A stretch of 64,000 bases of DNA, from assembly GCA_034437815.1 (NCBI GenBank), contig DAOTTC010000019.1, forward strand, positions 1,893 through 65,892, in the 5' to 3' direction. The notes under the pieces were generated by a model. It was not told the DNA's origin. It saw nothing but the letters and a program-made list of their open reading frames with translations, and did not search any database. Of the stretch, positions 63,905-64,000 are shown one piece after another. Both the position numbers and the translations under genes were made by a program. The stretch is from Chloroflexia bacterium (lineage in GTDB: Bacteria > Chloroflexota > Chloroflexia > QHBQ01 > JADMIH01). Positions within the stretch are counted from its first letter, which is position 1. Every line of letters starts with the position of its first letter.

Positions 63905-64000
63905 ACAATCCGGTAGAGGGTATATCGTGTGGAGCGCGAACGAGACGTTCGCACGGGGATGAGTTCACGGAGCGCAGGCGTCCTGCCGGCAAAATTGCGG

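Noticed and set aside
1-64000. Search for tRNA, rRNA, tmRNA, RNase P, SRP RNA and known riboswitch cores in the intergenic regions
   Set aside because: No T-loop (GGTTCRANNCC) cloverleaf context, rRNA-like stretch or familiar riboswitch core was recognised by eye. A covariance-model scan (Infernal/Rfam, tRNAscan-SE) would be needed to exclude them formally.

Overview
High-G+C bacterial chromosomal window, densely coding on both strands. No rRNA, tRNA or CRISPR array was found by eye. Gene content and style suggest a Chloroflexota-like organism, though this is inference only: a GT87/DUF2029 glycosyltransferase, a LysM-YkuD transpeptidase, an O-antigen-ligase/TPR fusion, TGn-extended -10 promoters and many G/C-rich intergenic hairpin repeats. 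Recognisable housekeeping blocks are infB-rbfA-DHH phosphoesterase, pncB, gpsA, TraR/DksA-lspA-rluD, mutS, recN, glk, hisS and rpsP-KH-rimM. Interspersed are envelope and glycan genes: GH38-like, GH18, WecA-like, FemAB, an L,D-transpeptidase, a GT2-GT4 fusion and an O-methyltransferase. There is also a ~1280-aa secreted metzincin. Most interesting loci: (1) 10109-11750 has a consensus promoter, a structured leader, a 69-aa Trp-rich peptide ending in WW, an attenuator hairpin, and a polyprenyl-synthase-fold enzyme with degenerate Asp-rich motifs. This resembles ComX/ComQ and may be a prenylated-peptide (RiPP/pheromone) cassette. An orphan NarL/ComA-type response regulator lies nearby, and GTAC-rich operator-like arrays sit at both loci. 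(2) 38878-41111 has two perfect GAAC-N4-GTTC (Cheo/LexA) boxes embedded in a TTGACG-17-TATCAT promoter. The promoter drives a translationally coupled operon of a small protein, a single-pass membrane protein and a membrane-anchored glucosaminidase-domain protein. This is a candidate SOS-induced division or cell-wall checkpoint. (3) A NYN-domain protein overlaps an aminoacyl-tRNA-dependent FemAB transferase. (4) An A/T-richer island holds an IS3 orfA remnant and a repeat-built membrane protein. (5) At least three families of dispersed or tandem intergenic repeats are present. Many long antisense ORFs in the six-frame track are high-GC artefacts and were rejected.
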